From positions 54,566,543 through 54,604,089 of the forward strand of contig NC_068993.1 of NCBI RefSeq assembly GCF_001194135.2: DNA of 37,547 bases. Reading direction: 5' to 3'. This DNA comes from Octopus bimaculoides. Taxonomy: Eukaryota. Under the pieces are notes generated by a model, which ran no database searches, was not told the origin of the DNA, and worked only from the letters and a program-made list of their open reading frames with translations. Made by a program: the position numbers and the translations under genes. Below are positions 22,156 to 34,086 of this stretch, piece by piece (within the stretch, counting starts at the first letter, position 1; each line of letters opens with the position of its first letter).

Positions 22156-22859
22156 TTTTCCCCTTTCACTTTTTCATTGAGAGTTACTTTTGACCGATCA
22201 CCTGCCTGGCAGCAAGGTTGTGAAGTAAAAAGTGTTGTGTTGTTCATTATTCTTCAAATCTTAAGAAGGTTTAGCGGATTTGTACAGTCCCAGATATCAG
22301 GATCATTTGTAGCGTACGAATTAAGGATTTGCGTCCTCTCCTCATGAACCCAAGTTCAGTCATACGTTGCTCCAGACTGGCTGGCTTGTATCCTGTTGCT
22401 CCAATAATAACGGATACGAAGCTGAATGTTTGTGTGAGTGTATGTGTGTGTATATATATGTATGGCACAGACACATACACACAGACACACACACTCACAC
22501 ACATACACACATATACCCATGACGGAATGAACAAGTTCAACGGGTCAAAAAGGAATTTAGGTGCAGCCAAGATGATGGTGGAGAAGAAAGAAGTTTGGAA
22601 ACAGAAGCAAAAGATAGAGGAGAGAGAGAGAGGAGAAAGCGAAAGGAAAAAAAAAAAAGGGACAAGAAAAGGGGAAAGGAGAAAAACTAACTAAAATACA
22701 AGTAGGAGGGAAAAGAAGGGGTAAGACTAAGCGTAGGAGGAGATATAAGAAGGCGAAAGACAGAAGAAATGAGTAAAATTAAAGGAAGAATGAATAAAAG
22801 ATAGAAAGACAAATACAAAGTAGAAAGGAAGAACGAAGTAAAAGTTTAGATGTAAGATA

Positions 22860-23020
22860 TGGCTGTGTGGTTAAGGAGCTTGCTTTGTAACGATGTGGTT
22901 TCGGGTTCAGTCCTACTGAGCAGTGGCGGCATTTTGGGCAAGTGTCTTCATCTATAGACCAGTACCGGACAATGGTTTGTTCTTGAATTGTGAGTGAATT
23001 TGATAAGACAGAAACTGTGG
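22860..23020 (+). mobile_element. SINE family B head fragment
   Basis: ggctgtgtggttaaggagcttgc...gggttcagtccta...ttgggcaagtgtcttc. Confidence 0.8.
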
Positions 23021-23047
23021 AGGCTCCAGATATATATATATCAAAAC

Positions 23048-23128
23048 TGGGGAAGGTCGGTTTATGGGATTACCTCAGGTTTCCCGTCCATAAAGTGTCA
23101 AGGTAATCCTATAAACCTGCCTTCCCCA
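23048..23128 (+). ncRNA. 81-nt stem-loop, pre-miRNA-like or tiny foldback element
   Basis: 28-bp arms (23048-23075 and 23101-23128): 25 Watson-Crick pairs, 2 G:U and 1 mismatch as plus-strand RNA; 25-nt loop. Confidence 0.4.
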
Positions 23129-23218
23129 TTATTAATATATATATATATCGCTGCTATTATGCAAAAGTGCCGTAAGTCCAAAACGTTGCTTTTTCAGAAG
23201 ACGAAAAAATAGTTTCAC

Positions 23219-23346
23219 CATTCCATAGCAAACCCGTTGTACTACACTTTGACATTTTTTGATATCTTGGCATCTGATCCTGCCAGTAGCCATGTGCTTG
23301 GCATCTGAAGCAACTGGAGATGTGATAGTTTGACCAAAAGAACCGG
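23219..23346 (-). CDS. Candidate coding exon (128 nt)
   Basis: Strong acceptor tttatttttgcttacaatAG|CC and donor ATG|GTGAAA. Phase 1 to 0 reading GSFGQTITSPVASDAKHMATGRIRCQDIKKCQSVVQRVCYGM would join 19203 in frame; a second frame is also open. Confidence 0.3.
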
Positions 23347-23444
23347 CTATTGTAAGCAAAAATAAATATTAAAAAAAAAAAAACGCATTTTGTCTAATTT
23401 GGACATACGACAGCTTAACATAATAGCAACGATATATATATTTG

Positions 23445-23630
23445 TGCTTGTGTATGCTTGCCCCCCCCCCCTCAACATCGCTTGACAACCTATGTTGGTG
23501 TGTCTATGTCCCAGTAACTTAACGTTTCGGCAAAAGAGACCGAGAATAAGTCCTGTGCTCGATTTATTCGACTAAAACCCATTAAGGTGGTGCTCTAGCA
23601 TGGCCGCATTCAAATGACTGAAACAAATAA
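23445..23630 (+). mobile_element. SINE family B 3' half (further fragments at 560-625, 9020-9113, 14740-14870, 23745-23860, 32013-32105)
   Basis: caacatcgcttgacaacc...gtaactt...ggcaaaagagaccg...gcatggccgcattcaaatgactgaaacaa. Confidence 0.8.
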
Positions 23631-23664
23631 TATATATATATACATATATATATCTATATATGTA

Positions 23665-23700
<36 letters not shown>

Positions 23701-23904
23701 TGTATGTATGTATGTATGTATGTCTAATGTATTTATTAATGTATGTGTGTGCACCATTGTTTCTGCGTTTTTCACCCACCCGGTTAAGAACCAGTGTTGG
23801 TTTGTTCACGTCCCTATAAATTAGGGTTTCGTCGAAAGTGACACCAACAGAATTACTAATAGAGTCGAATTGTTCGAAACCAATGATTCTCAACCGGAGT
23901 CCAA

Positions 23905-24065
23905 TGCACCGAATATTTTAAACGATGTTTATATACAATTCCTAATAATTAATTACGAAAATGTAATAGGATTGTCTAAACATCGAAATGTTTATGAGGG
24001 CCCACCCAAGTGAAATAGGGATGAAAGGGGTCCATAGGTAGAAGAAAAATGGTTGGGAACCACTG
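23905..24065 (+). mobile_element. hAT (Charlie-like) non-autonomous element, right end
   Basis: Ends ggggtccata...ggttgggaaccactg (reverse complement CAGTGGTTCCCAACC); shares the ggggtcca subterminal motif with the 8697 copy. Confidence 0.65.
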
Positions 24066-24755
24066 ATGAAGAACTCTTCAAGCCATGGCTGTTGTCCAAT
24101 GATTGAAAACAAGTGGAAAAATAAAAGGTAGAAGGAAAAAAATTGAAAACAGAATTAGAAGACAGAAGAAATGACTGGAAACAGACGACAAGAGAGAACA
24201 AGCAGAAGTACAGAGTTGGGGGGTAATGGTGGTGAGCTGTTGCTGATGGTAACTAAAGGCTTGGTGTGTGTAGAGGGGATTCCCCCGACTGTTGCTGTAC
24301 TAACATTAACACATGCGCACGCGTACATACATATATCTACATACACACACGTTCTTATACATCCACATCCACATATACACTCCTTCCCATAATGCTCTCT
24401 CTCTCTCTCGTTTCTCTTAACCTCCTCCCTACTACTTCACATCCGTCTCCTCCTACCTCATCTGACACACAACTCTACCTCCTCCCTCTTCCCCTCCCTC
24501 CTACCTTTAAGGTGTTGAATGGAGAAAGTCCCGCCTGGAATGTTGAAAAGTCGCAGTGGATTCCTTTAGACTGGGAGAAATGGACGGTGTGGGTGGTGTT
24601 CTCTTCTGTCTGTCTGTCAATCACACGCAATATTTGCGCGCGCGCGCGTCTGTGTGTGTGTGTGTGAGTGTATCTTGTATGTATGTTATGATAAAAGTAT
24701 TATTATATGTTATGATAAAAGTTATGATAAAAGTATTATCACAATTTATGATAAA

Positions 24756-24962
24756 TAAGGCGACGAGCCTTATAAGAGTCGTTAGCACGCTGGACGAAAT
24801 ACTTAGAGGCATTTCGCCCGTCTCTACGTTCTGAGTTCAAATTCTGCCGAGGTCGATTTTCATCCTTTCGGGATCGATAAATTAAGAACTAATGAAATTC
24901 TGGGGTCGACGTAATCGGTTAGTCCCCTCCCTACAAAACTTCAGGCCTTATGCCCGTAATAG

Positions 24963-24964
<2 letters not shown>
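24756..24964 (+). mobile_element. SINE family A copy
   Basis: taaggcgacgag...gttagcacgc...acgttctgagttcaaattctgccgaggtcga...catcctttcgggatcgataaattaag. Confidence 0.88.
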
Positions 24965-25004
<40 letters not shown>

Positions 25005-25744
25005 ACGCATAAACAAGTAAGAATAGAGAGGAGGAAGAAAGACTAGAGTTCATGAGATCCTTTCCAGAGGTTCCGAAATTGATAGGAGTAAGGGAGGAAG
25101 CTGTCCTCAAAGTGGGATCCTAACCCAAATATCGCAACACCTTGAACTCCACTAAAAGCATCCAAAGGTGAAGTTGTTGTGGGGGTTAAACCGGGAAACC
25201 CTTATTCAATTAATTGATTTTATTTTCCCATCCTTCAAACATGACTGAAGATTTGGGTCAGGTCCGAAACCATGCACTTTCTTAAACCATACATCAAAAC
25301 TTATGACCGTTAAACAAGCAAACCCCAATGCCACTACAGTCATACAAATAATGCATTTTCTGAGAATTGTTTGACAAGCTAATTGATCTGATATACTACA
25401 TTGGAACTAAAACAATTAACGACATGGCGATACTTGCTTAGGTGCAATATACTTATTAATAAGTTTTATCGTCTCGTTGTTCCATCGACTTCCTACATAT
25501 TATAGGACCGCTGGATCATGGCCCATCTGGGAATACACACTAACAGCTATCCGACTTTAGCCAATATCACACTCTAATTCGCTACAACGATGTATTAGAG
25601 TTATATTTTATCCAGTATATTAATCACAAATTCGTTTTCTATCTTGATCTGTGTAATCTGTGGATCGAATCTCGTTGTTGAGGTGACTCACTATCAGCTA
25701 CAAGCCTGCTTATACATACATACATACATACATACATACATACA

Positions 25745-25776
<32 letters not shown>

Positions 25777-25906
25777 CATATATATAGTGTAACTGCCCGA
25801 AATGGTCGTGACTTCTGGGACATGTCCTTCTAATTGTTGTTTCTCTTGTCGCCATTGTATCGTCTATCTGTCCGAACGATTTAATACCCTCTATTGCGTT
25901 TTTGTT

Positions 25907-25951
<45 letters not shown>

Positions 25952-25963
25952 AACTTTCTCACC

Positions 25964-26000
<37 letters not shown>

Positions 26001-26257
26001 CATGAAATTGTGTGTGTGAGAGAGAGAAGAAGAGAGCGAGAGAGAGAGACAAAGAGATGGAATACGTTGAAGGGAGGAAAAATGAATCCCTCACCCACTC
26101 GTGACCCGAATCTAAGGCAACAGGGGCAACAGGTTTTTCAAGCTCTGTTCCCCAAAACCTCCACTGTCCCAACCTGATGTATTCACCATTAGGTGATCGA
26201 TTGGTCCCAATGACGCTAATAAAACCATTTCCATTTCTATTGTAGTATATCAGAGCC

Positions 26258-26495
26258 TCAATCTGATCGTTTGGTCTGCTAGATATTGCAAACAAATCTC
26301 CCTCAAATCATAACCCTAGCATGTCACAGATCAAGCTTTAATCAAGTAGCCCATTGATACAATCCAGCCGTAACCATCACGTCATTGCAGGACAGTGAAG
26401 AAGTACGTCCTATTAACGTATCCGTTTCAAAAACCATCAGTCAGTGTTGAGGGAGATTTACTTGTTAATTCAAGCAGACTGCGTGACCAGGTTGA
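26258..26495. repeat. Element bounded by about 49-bp imperfect inverted repeats of a dispersed family (other copies at 15507-15560 and 30825-30890)
   Basis: AAATCTCCCTCAA (26294-26306) and TTGAGGGAGATTT (26447-26459) pair exactly; arms extend to about 49 bp at roughly 70% identity. Confidence 0.7.
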
Positions 26496-26735
26496 AACAT
26501 TAACAGATCTGACTGGCATTCGGAGTTGTTCCGTTCACGATATTTGAACCAACCATTCAAGGATGGCTAGATCACGCTGGTACAGTGAAGTTCTGGGAAC
26601 TGGATTTAAAATATGATCGCTCTTTCAGTTATATTCGAACCACAGATTACTCCTCCACCCCACTAATTTGACTTCCTCTTCAAATATTTCCATATCTTAT
26701 TTGTTTTCTCTCTGTCTTTCTTTCTCTCTGTCATA

Positions 26736-26821
<86 letters not shown>

Positions 26822-27045
26822 GATTAGTATATATCAATGCGTATATATGTGTGTGCACGCATGCGTGTGCAAAAGAACAGATAGGTCGCCAGTGGGGTGG
26901 TTTTGGCAATTTCTGACGAGCACCAAACCTCGAAGCTCCATGCAAATATAATTATTGTATAACATTTAGTCTAATTTTGCACTTTTTTTTCGCAAATTAG
27001 TTTGTTAATGGTTTTAATGACTGAGAAACTCCTCGGTCAACACAC

Positions 27046-27103
<58 letters not shown>

Positions 27104-27346
27104 NNNNNNNNNNNNNNNNNNNNNNNNNNNNNNNNNNNNNNNNNNNNNNNNNNNNNNNNNNNNNNNNNNNNNNNNNNNNNNNNNNNNNNNNNNNNNNNNN
27201 NNNNNNNNNNNNNNNNNNNNNNNNNNNNNNNNNNNNNNNNNNNNNNNNNNNNNNNNNNNNNNNNNNNNNNNNNNNNNNNNNNNNNNNNNNNNNNNNNNNN
27301 NNNNNNNNNNNNNNNNNNNNNNNNNNNNNNNNNNNNNNNNNNNNNN

Positions 27347-27401
<55 letters not shown>

Positions 27402-27749
27402 GTGTATATGTATGTATACACAAATCTTCATCTAAACACACACACAAACACATACATATTGCATGCATGTAGTAATACACAGATGTGTTTAATTAATACA
27501 TCATTAATAAAATATTTGTTTATAATTAACTTTTTGGACGTGAGTATTTATGTGTATGTATGTGTGTGTGTGTGTGTGTGTGTGCGTGTGTGCGTGCATG
27601 CTTGTATTAGTGAGTGCGTGTGTGTGTATCTGCATGAGTGCTCTTGTATGTGGGTGTGTACGTGTGTATCTATGTATGTATGCACGTACACATACATGTA
27701 TGAACTGGTGCATGTGCGTACGTATGTATTATACGATTATATGAGTGTG

Positions 27750-27786
<37 letters not shown>

Positions 27787-28379
27787 AATGTATGTTGATA
27801 TTGTTCTTCAGTACGCACTGGAAATTGCAATAACTGATCCGCAATCAAAAAGTTAATATGAGAATCGAAACGACATTTTGTTTTTCTTTTGCACACGAAC
27901 AACGATGACAATGACGATGACCACAAAATCATCACCATCATCATCATCAACAACAACAACAACAGCAACAACAACAACAACAACAACGTTAACCTCAGCA
28001 GCAGCAACATAGTCACAAGACTTGAGCAACATGTGACTTTTTTACGTCTGCACATAATCCTTTCACGAAACTACAATGACAACAGCAATGTTTCTACAGC
28101 ATTAGTTGTATGTGGTCTTTTCGGTAAACGGAGAAAGATCAACAAAAATCTACTTTACAATAAATACACGGCCATACCCCGTCGCCGCTTTACATCAAAT
28201 ACGTTTTATGAGTAAAATCTCCGCCTTTCATCTTTATCTTTGCACCTCACTTCTCATCTAAATATTTCTTAGTTTTTAACCTTTGTCTTTTTTTTTGTTT
28301 TTCTTTTGATGGTTTTTGTGCTGAGTCATTTAAAAAACAGGAAGTTCTTGTTCATCACAGGTAAATTGGTGTGCCCTTG

Positions 28380-28790
28380 ATTGGGGTATATAACTAAGTG
28401 GGAAAGTAAAAACCATGCGAATGACACATGTAACTGGTCGGCTGCGTGATTGACATATGTCACGGGGTAAAATTAACCACGTACAGGTCGCATGATCGAT
28501 GGAGGTGATTGATGAATGAATACCTGACACATAGAGGAACAGGAGGTTTAACCATGTGTGACTGGCGACTGAACCATATGCCAATTGGAAGTAACTTCAT
28601 TAACACATGCCATGTGACTGGGGATTTAATCATATGATTGACACACGATTAATTCATGTCGATTAACCAACAAGATCACTACATGCAACTGGTAAGTTAA
28701 CTACAAGACTATCATATGTAACACGCGGTTTAATCACATGACTGATGATTTAAGTACATGTTTTACACGTGTAACAAATACTTTTACTAT
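28380..28790. repeat. Highly degenerate short-period repeat (ttaaccacatg.gactg-like)
   Basis: Recurrent taacca / acatg / gactg words without a stable period. Confidence 0.55.
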
Positions 28791-28840
28791 ATGAATATAT
28801 GCAGCCATTTGGCTGACAGCATAAGACAGTATAAACACCC

Positions 28841-29100
28841 TTCGCTGGCAGTATGATGTTTGTCCTTCATATTTCTGAAGACGAGCAGATTAGCAACTTT
28901 ACTCTTCGTGGGTCCTGAGGTGGTTTATTAAGCTAGTATTGGCATAAAACCTATGGTTACAGTAGATCACTTGCTTTTAGAATCAGGATCCATGCAGCCC
29001 TCCTCTCTTTAGGTTCTCCGATCATTTCCAATTCTGAGTTCTGTACTCCAGAGTACACGGCACTTCGCCACAGTGAGCGATCTTGAGCAATACGTTCTCA
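28841..29100 (-). mobile_element. RTE/BovB-like LINE 3' end fragment
   Basis: ERIAQDRSLWRSAVYSGVQNSELEMIGEPKERRAA resembles the RTE C-terminal A.DR..WR..V..G...FE..R motif. Confidence 0.7.
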
Positions 29101-29104
29101 AGAG

Positions 29105-30355
29105 ATAACGATATAACTACTGAGTTGACGGTACAACCATTAAGTTGGCAATGTAACCACTCAAATGGTAACTACAGTGATTGTGTAACTACGTAGTTGA
29201 TATAACTAACGAGTTGACAATGTGGCCATTCGGTTGATAATATAATGATAGTTGACAGTATGACAACTCTTAGTTGACAGTATATTTACTTAGATGGCAA
29301 TATCAACACTTAGTTGACAGTGTAAGTATTTGTTGACGATATAACTATTTAGTAGATAGCATATTCAGCTAGCAATGTAATTTAGTTGACAGGATAACCA
29401 TTTCGTTGAAGATACAACTACTTGTTTGACAGTATAAACATTTAGTTGACAATGCATACACTTGGTTGACGTTGACAATATGACCATTTTGATAGTGTTC
29501 CCACGCTTAGTTGACAGTAGAAAAGTAATTAACAGTGTAACCAGTTAGTTATCAATATAACCATTCAGTTAAGGCTGCGAGCTGGCAGAAACGTTAGCAC
29601 ACCGGGCGAAATGCTTATCGGTATTTTGTCTGTTTTTACGTTCTGAGTTCAAATTCCGCCAAGGTCGACTTTACCTTTTATCCTTTCGGGGTCGTTAAGT
29701 CAAGTTCCAGTTGCGTACTGGGATCAATTTAATCTACTGCCCCACCCCCCAAAAAGATTTCGGGCCTTGTGCCTAGAGTAGAAAAAGAATATACCCATTC
29801 AGTTGGTATTTTACCACTTATTTGACAGTGTAACCAATTAGACGACCATATAATCTCTTAGTTGACAGTATAACCAGTCTTACTTAACATGTAAACACTT
29901 AGCTAACAGTATACACAATTAGTTGGCAATGTAACTACTTAGTTGACAGAATAGCCACATTGTTAACAATAACCTTGGGTTGAAAATATAACCACTGTTA
30001 ATTGACAATGTAATCATTTAGATGATATAACTAATTAGTTGACAGTATAACACTTAATTGACAATGTAATCACAGTAGACAGTGTAACCATTTAGTTGAC
30101 AATCAAACCACACAATTAACAATATATAGCCACTCAATTGACAGCTTAGTTGACAGTATAAACACTCAAGTAACTATATAATCATTCGGGTGGCTGTATT
30201 GCTTAGGCGATAATATATCCATTTGTGTTACTATATAAAACTTTTGTTGACTGTATAATAACCACTTGAGTGACTGTATAACCACATCGAGGACGTGTGA
30301 AAGGCTATATAACAACATGGGTGACTATACGGTCACTCAAGTTGACTATTAAAAC
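29105..30355. repeat. Degenerate satellite, about 20-22 bp unit TAGTTGACAGTATAACCACT, interrupted by a SINE
   Basis: gttgaca...taacca recurs throughout, roughly 45-50 diverged units. Confidence 0.88.
29571..29794 (+). mobile_element. SINE family A, full length, inserted in a satellite with a target-site duplication
   Basis: Head aaggctgcgagctggcagaaacgttagc, B-box-like gagttcaaattcc, core gtcgacttt.cctttyatcctttcggggtcg; CCATTCAGTT at 29561-29570 and 29795-29804. Confidence 0.92.
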
Positions 30356-30413
30356 GAACTGTGCTTCTATATTGCCATATTATTTATAATTGTTTTAAAA
30401 TTCGGTGAAAGAC

Positions 30414-30631
30414 AAGGCAGCGAGCTGGGTGAATCGTTACCACACAGGACAAAATGACTAACAGCATTTCTTTTGGCTTTTAACGTCCTGAGTTCAAATA
30501 CCACCGAGGTCGACTTTGCCTTTGATCTCTTTTGGGACCGATAAAATGAGTACCAGTTAAGAAATAGGGTCGATGTAATAATCCACTAGCCCTTTCCCCT
30601 AAAATTTCGGGCTTTGTGGCAATAGTAGAAT
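30414..30631 (+). mobile_element. SINE family A copy (other fragments at 5370-5432, 6842-6950, 18630-18665, 35822-35900)
   Basis: aaggcagcgagctgg...gagttcaaataccaccgaggtcgactttgcctttga...gataaaatgagtaccag. Confidence 0.88.
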
Positions 30632-30994
30632 GAAAAAAAGCAAAAAAAAAAAGCACAAAGCCTCTACATGATTGATAATATAACCACATGCGTGAATAAA
30701 ACGTTATATGTTGTGTGAAAGGGAAAATATAATGATTTGCCAAGCAGTATGACAAATTATGAGAAACTATATCTATTTGTCTGTCTATATGACTAAGTTG
30801 TATGTAACAAGAGCCAAGGTGGTTGGGTGCTTGACATGGTCTCTCGGCCCGTTTAGAAATAGCAGCCAAACATCCATCAAATCACACTCAACTGTTTAAA
30901 AAAAAAAACCATGTAGGTGGTGGTGGTGTATTTAGACCCAGATACAGTATGTCTGAATGAAAGAGGGGGATGGTCAGTCAGGACGGAAATGTCT

Positions 30995-31343
30995 TTACTC
31001 TTTTACTTGTTTCAGTCATTTGACTGTGGTCATGCTGGAGCACCGCCTTTAGTCGAGCTAATCGACCCCAGGACTTATTCTTTGTAAGCCTAGTGCTTAT
31101 TCTAGCGGTCACTTTTGCCGAACCGCTAAGTTACGGGAACATAAACACACCAGCATCGGTTGTCAAGCGATGTTGGGGGGACAAACACAGACACACAAAC
31201 ATATACACGCATATACATATATATACATATATACGACGGGCTTCTTTCAGTTTCCGTCTACCAAATCCACTCACAAGGCTTTGGTCGGCCCGAGGCTATA
31301 GTAGAATACACTTGCCCAAGGTTCCACGCAGTGGGACTGAACC
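30995..31343 (-). mobile_element. SINE family B copy, low divergence, head lost in gap
   Basis: Closest to the in-window consensus: ttttacttgtttcagtcatttgactgtggtcatgctggagcaccgcc...cacttgcccaaggttccacgcagtgggactgaacc. Confidence 0.92.
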
Positions 31344-33630
31344 NNNNNNNNNNNNNNNNNNNNNNNNNNNNNNNNNNNNNNNNNNNNNNNNNNNNNNNNN
31401 NNNNNNNNNNNNNNNNNNNNNNNNNNNNNNNNNNNNNNNNNNNNNNNNNNNNNNNNNNNNNNNNNNNNNNNNNNNNNNNNNNNNNNNNNNNNNNNNNNNN
31501 NNNNNNNNNNNNNNNNNNNNNNNNNNNNNNNNNNNNNNNNNNNNNNNNNNNNNNNNNNNNNNNNNNNNNNNNNNNNNNNNNNNNNNNNNNNNNNNNNNNN
31601 NNNNNNNNNNNNNNNNNNNNNNNNNNNNNNNNNNNNNNNNNNNNNNNNNNNNNNNNNNNNNNNNNNNNNNNNNNNNNNNNNNNNNNNNNNNNNNNNNNNN
31701 NNNNNNNNNNNNNNNNNNNNNNNNNNNNNNNNNNNNNNNNNNNNNNNNNNNNNNNNNNNNNNNNNNNNNNNNNNNNNNNNNNNNNNNNNNNNNNNNNNNN
31801 NNNNNNNNNNNNNNNNNNNNNNNNNNNNNNNNNNNNNNNNNNNNNNNNNNNNNNNNNNNNNNNNNNNNNNNNNNNNNNNNNNNNNNNNNNNNNNNNNNNN
31901 NNNNNNNNNNNNNNNNNNNNNNNNNNNNNNNNNNNNNNNNNNNNNNNNNNNNNNNNNNNNNNNNNNNNNNNNNNNNNNNNNNNNNNNNNNNNNNNNNNNN
32001 NNNNNNNNNNNNAAAAAAGTACTATGGGGGTCGATTTGCTCGACTAAGAACTTCAAAGCGGTATCCCAGCATGGCCGCACTCTAATGACTGAAACAAGTA
32101 AAATGTAAAAGATAAAATATATATAATATATATACATGTATGTATGTATGTATGTATGTATGTATGTATGTATGTATGTATGTATGTATGTATGTGTGTG
32201 TGTGTGTATATATATGGGCGTTAACTCTAAAAGTCACACATACATACAGATACACACACATATATAGAGAGAGACACACATACATGCATATAGTCATATG
32301 TACATGTGCTTGTGTGTGTGTTATTTTGCACATCTTTTTCTTTCTCTTCTCTGCGTGTGCATATTGTGTCTGCGACTAGATGACTATGTAATAAGACATT
32401 TTGGTAACACTGTAACCATGAACTCTGAAGTACTGTTAGCGAGTATATACAAACGTGTTTAAATTTATGACCAAACAACTAACAGTACAATGACCCCCTC
32501 GCTACATATCACGTGGATTACATATCTTAGATATGTGTTTGAACACATGGTTAAAAGTTTATAAACACACACACACACACACATATACAAGCGAAGAAAA
32601 TTGTTTGAAGACAAACAAGCCGCTAGGGTTGTATAAAACTAGTTAATCAGAACATTACCCATAAGACTTTGGAGAACGGTACATAGACGGTGCCAAGGCT
32701 GTACGGTCTAAACACATACAAAGACATATATGCATATACATGTATACACACACACTCGGTATAATAGCAATACGAAGATATTGGGATAATATATATACAC
32801 ACACACGTTATATCTATATGTGCACGCACAACTTGTAGAACAGTCGTATATACACGCTGCTAAAATAATGGTAGAAAGACATACAACACTACATAAATGC
32901 ATGAGAAATATATACACAATATTATACAAAAAACGTAACAAATCTATGTAGTAATATATAAATGTATAACAAATACATCTATAAATGATATTATATAAAT
33001 ACATAACTGGGTTGTCAATGAATGAAATAGTAATCAATAAAAAAACACAAGCGAAAAATGTCATACAAACAAGTAAAGTTTCGACAAAGATTTTGTTTTT
33101 TAAATACACCTGTTTCCTCTTGCCAGCTACGACACACAGAGACACACGCATTTATATATATNNNNNNNNNNNNNNNNNNNNNNNNNNNNNNNNNNNNNNN
33201 NNNNNNNNNNNNNNNNNNNNNNNNNNNNNNNNNNNNNNNNNNNNNNNNNNNNNNNNNNNNNNNNNNNNNNNNNNNNNNNNNNNNNNNNNNNNNNNNNNNN
33301 NNNNNNNNNNNNNNNNNNNNNNNNNNNNNNNNNNNNNNNNNNNNNNNNNNNNNNNNNNNNNNNNNNNNNNNNNNNNNNNNNNNNNNNNNNNNNNNNNNNN
33401 NNNNNNNNNNNNNNNNNNNNNNNNNNNNNNNNNNNNNNNNNNNNNNNNNNNNNNNNNNNNNNNNNNNNNNNNNNNNNNNNNNNNNNNNNNNNNNNNNNNN
33501 NNNNNNNNNNNNNNNNNNNNNNNNNNNNNNNNNNNNNNNNNNNNNNNNNNNNNNNNNNNNNNNNNNNNNNNNNNNNNNNNNNNNNNNNNNNNNNNNNNNN
33601 NNNNNNNNNNNNNNNNNNNNNNNNNNNNNT

Positions 33631-34086
33631 TTTGTCAACAAAATCTAAAGTTGTGTTTTAGCTTTTCGCACGTAAAATAAGTCGAGTATTTTTTTTTATA
33701 ATATGAAAACAAAATGTAAATGATAAATAATTTTTTTTTTTTCACAACTATTAATTTAATAACGAAAATGCTATTTTCCTTCCAACACCAACCCCCAACT
33801 ACACAAAATATCAAGTAAGTTGATGATATTTAAACTTTGAATGTTATTATTATTATTATTACCATTATTATTCTTTTGTGTTTAGAACTAAACCAAGTTT
33901 TGGATTAACAAAGAGTTTAAACAGCATTTTGGGAAATGTTTTTTTTTAATCATTCCAAGTTGTGAGGAAGAAAATAAAAGTTTTTTTAAAAAACTTTTTA
34001 ACTTTTTTACACTTTTAAGGTTTTGAATACAAAACATTCCGGATTACAAGAACAAGTAATATATTGAATAAAGTTTTGAAGTTTAC
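33631..34086 (-). other. Probable 3' UTR of the 34659-34087 exon
   Basis: AT-rich unique sequence directly after the stop codon, lacking the SINEs and dinucleotide microsatellites seen elsewhere; truncated by the gap at 33630. Confidence 0.5.

Noticed and set aside
22355-22410. Rossmann-like IIGATGY in a 56-nt AG/GT-bounded segment
   Set aside because: All three frames are open, the acceptor is weak and the following glycine of the motif is absent; not distinguishable from chance.
8697-24065. One 15.4-kb hAT element defined by the facing TIRs at 8697 and 24065
   Set aside because: The 8-bp flanks do not match (gccttgcc versus atgaagaa), so these are more likely two independent broken copies.
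24062-24085. CTGATGA followed by a short hairpin (possible hammerhead core)
   Set aside because: No GAAA/helix III follows, and the motif overlaps the hAT TIR.
25045-25340. Protein-like minus frames (ALGFACLTVISFDVWFKKVHGFGP; GVQGVAIFGLGSHFEDSFLPYSY)
   Set aside because: Short, in different frames, end in stops and lack recognisable motifs; may be an old TE relic but cannot be supported.
25963-26295. Exon-like ORF FAISSRPNDQIEALIYYNRNGNGFISV... with a GTGAGG donor at 26094
   Set aside because: Its 5' part is a copy of the dispersed gagggagatttgg repeat, there is an in-frame stop just upstream and no pyrimidine-rich acceptor.
29105-30355. CRISPR-like array or bacterial promoter array (TTGACA and TATAAC words)
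   Set aside because: Units are contiguous and degenerate with no unique spacers or cas genes, and the two hexamers are 1 bp apart rather than about 17.
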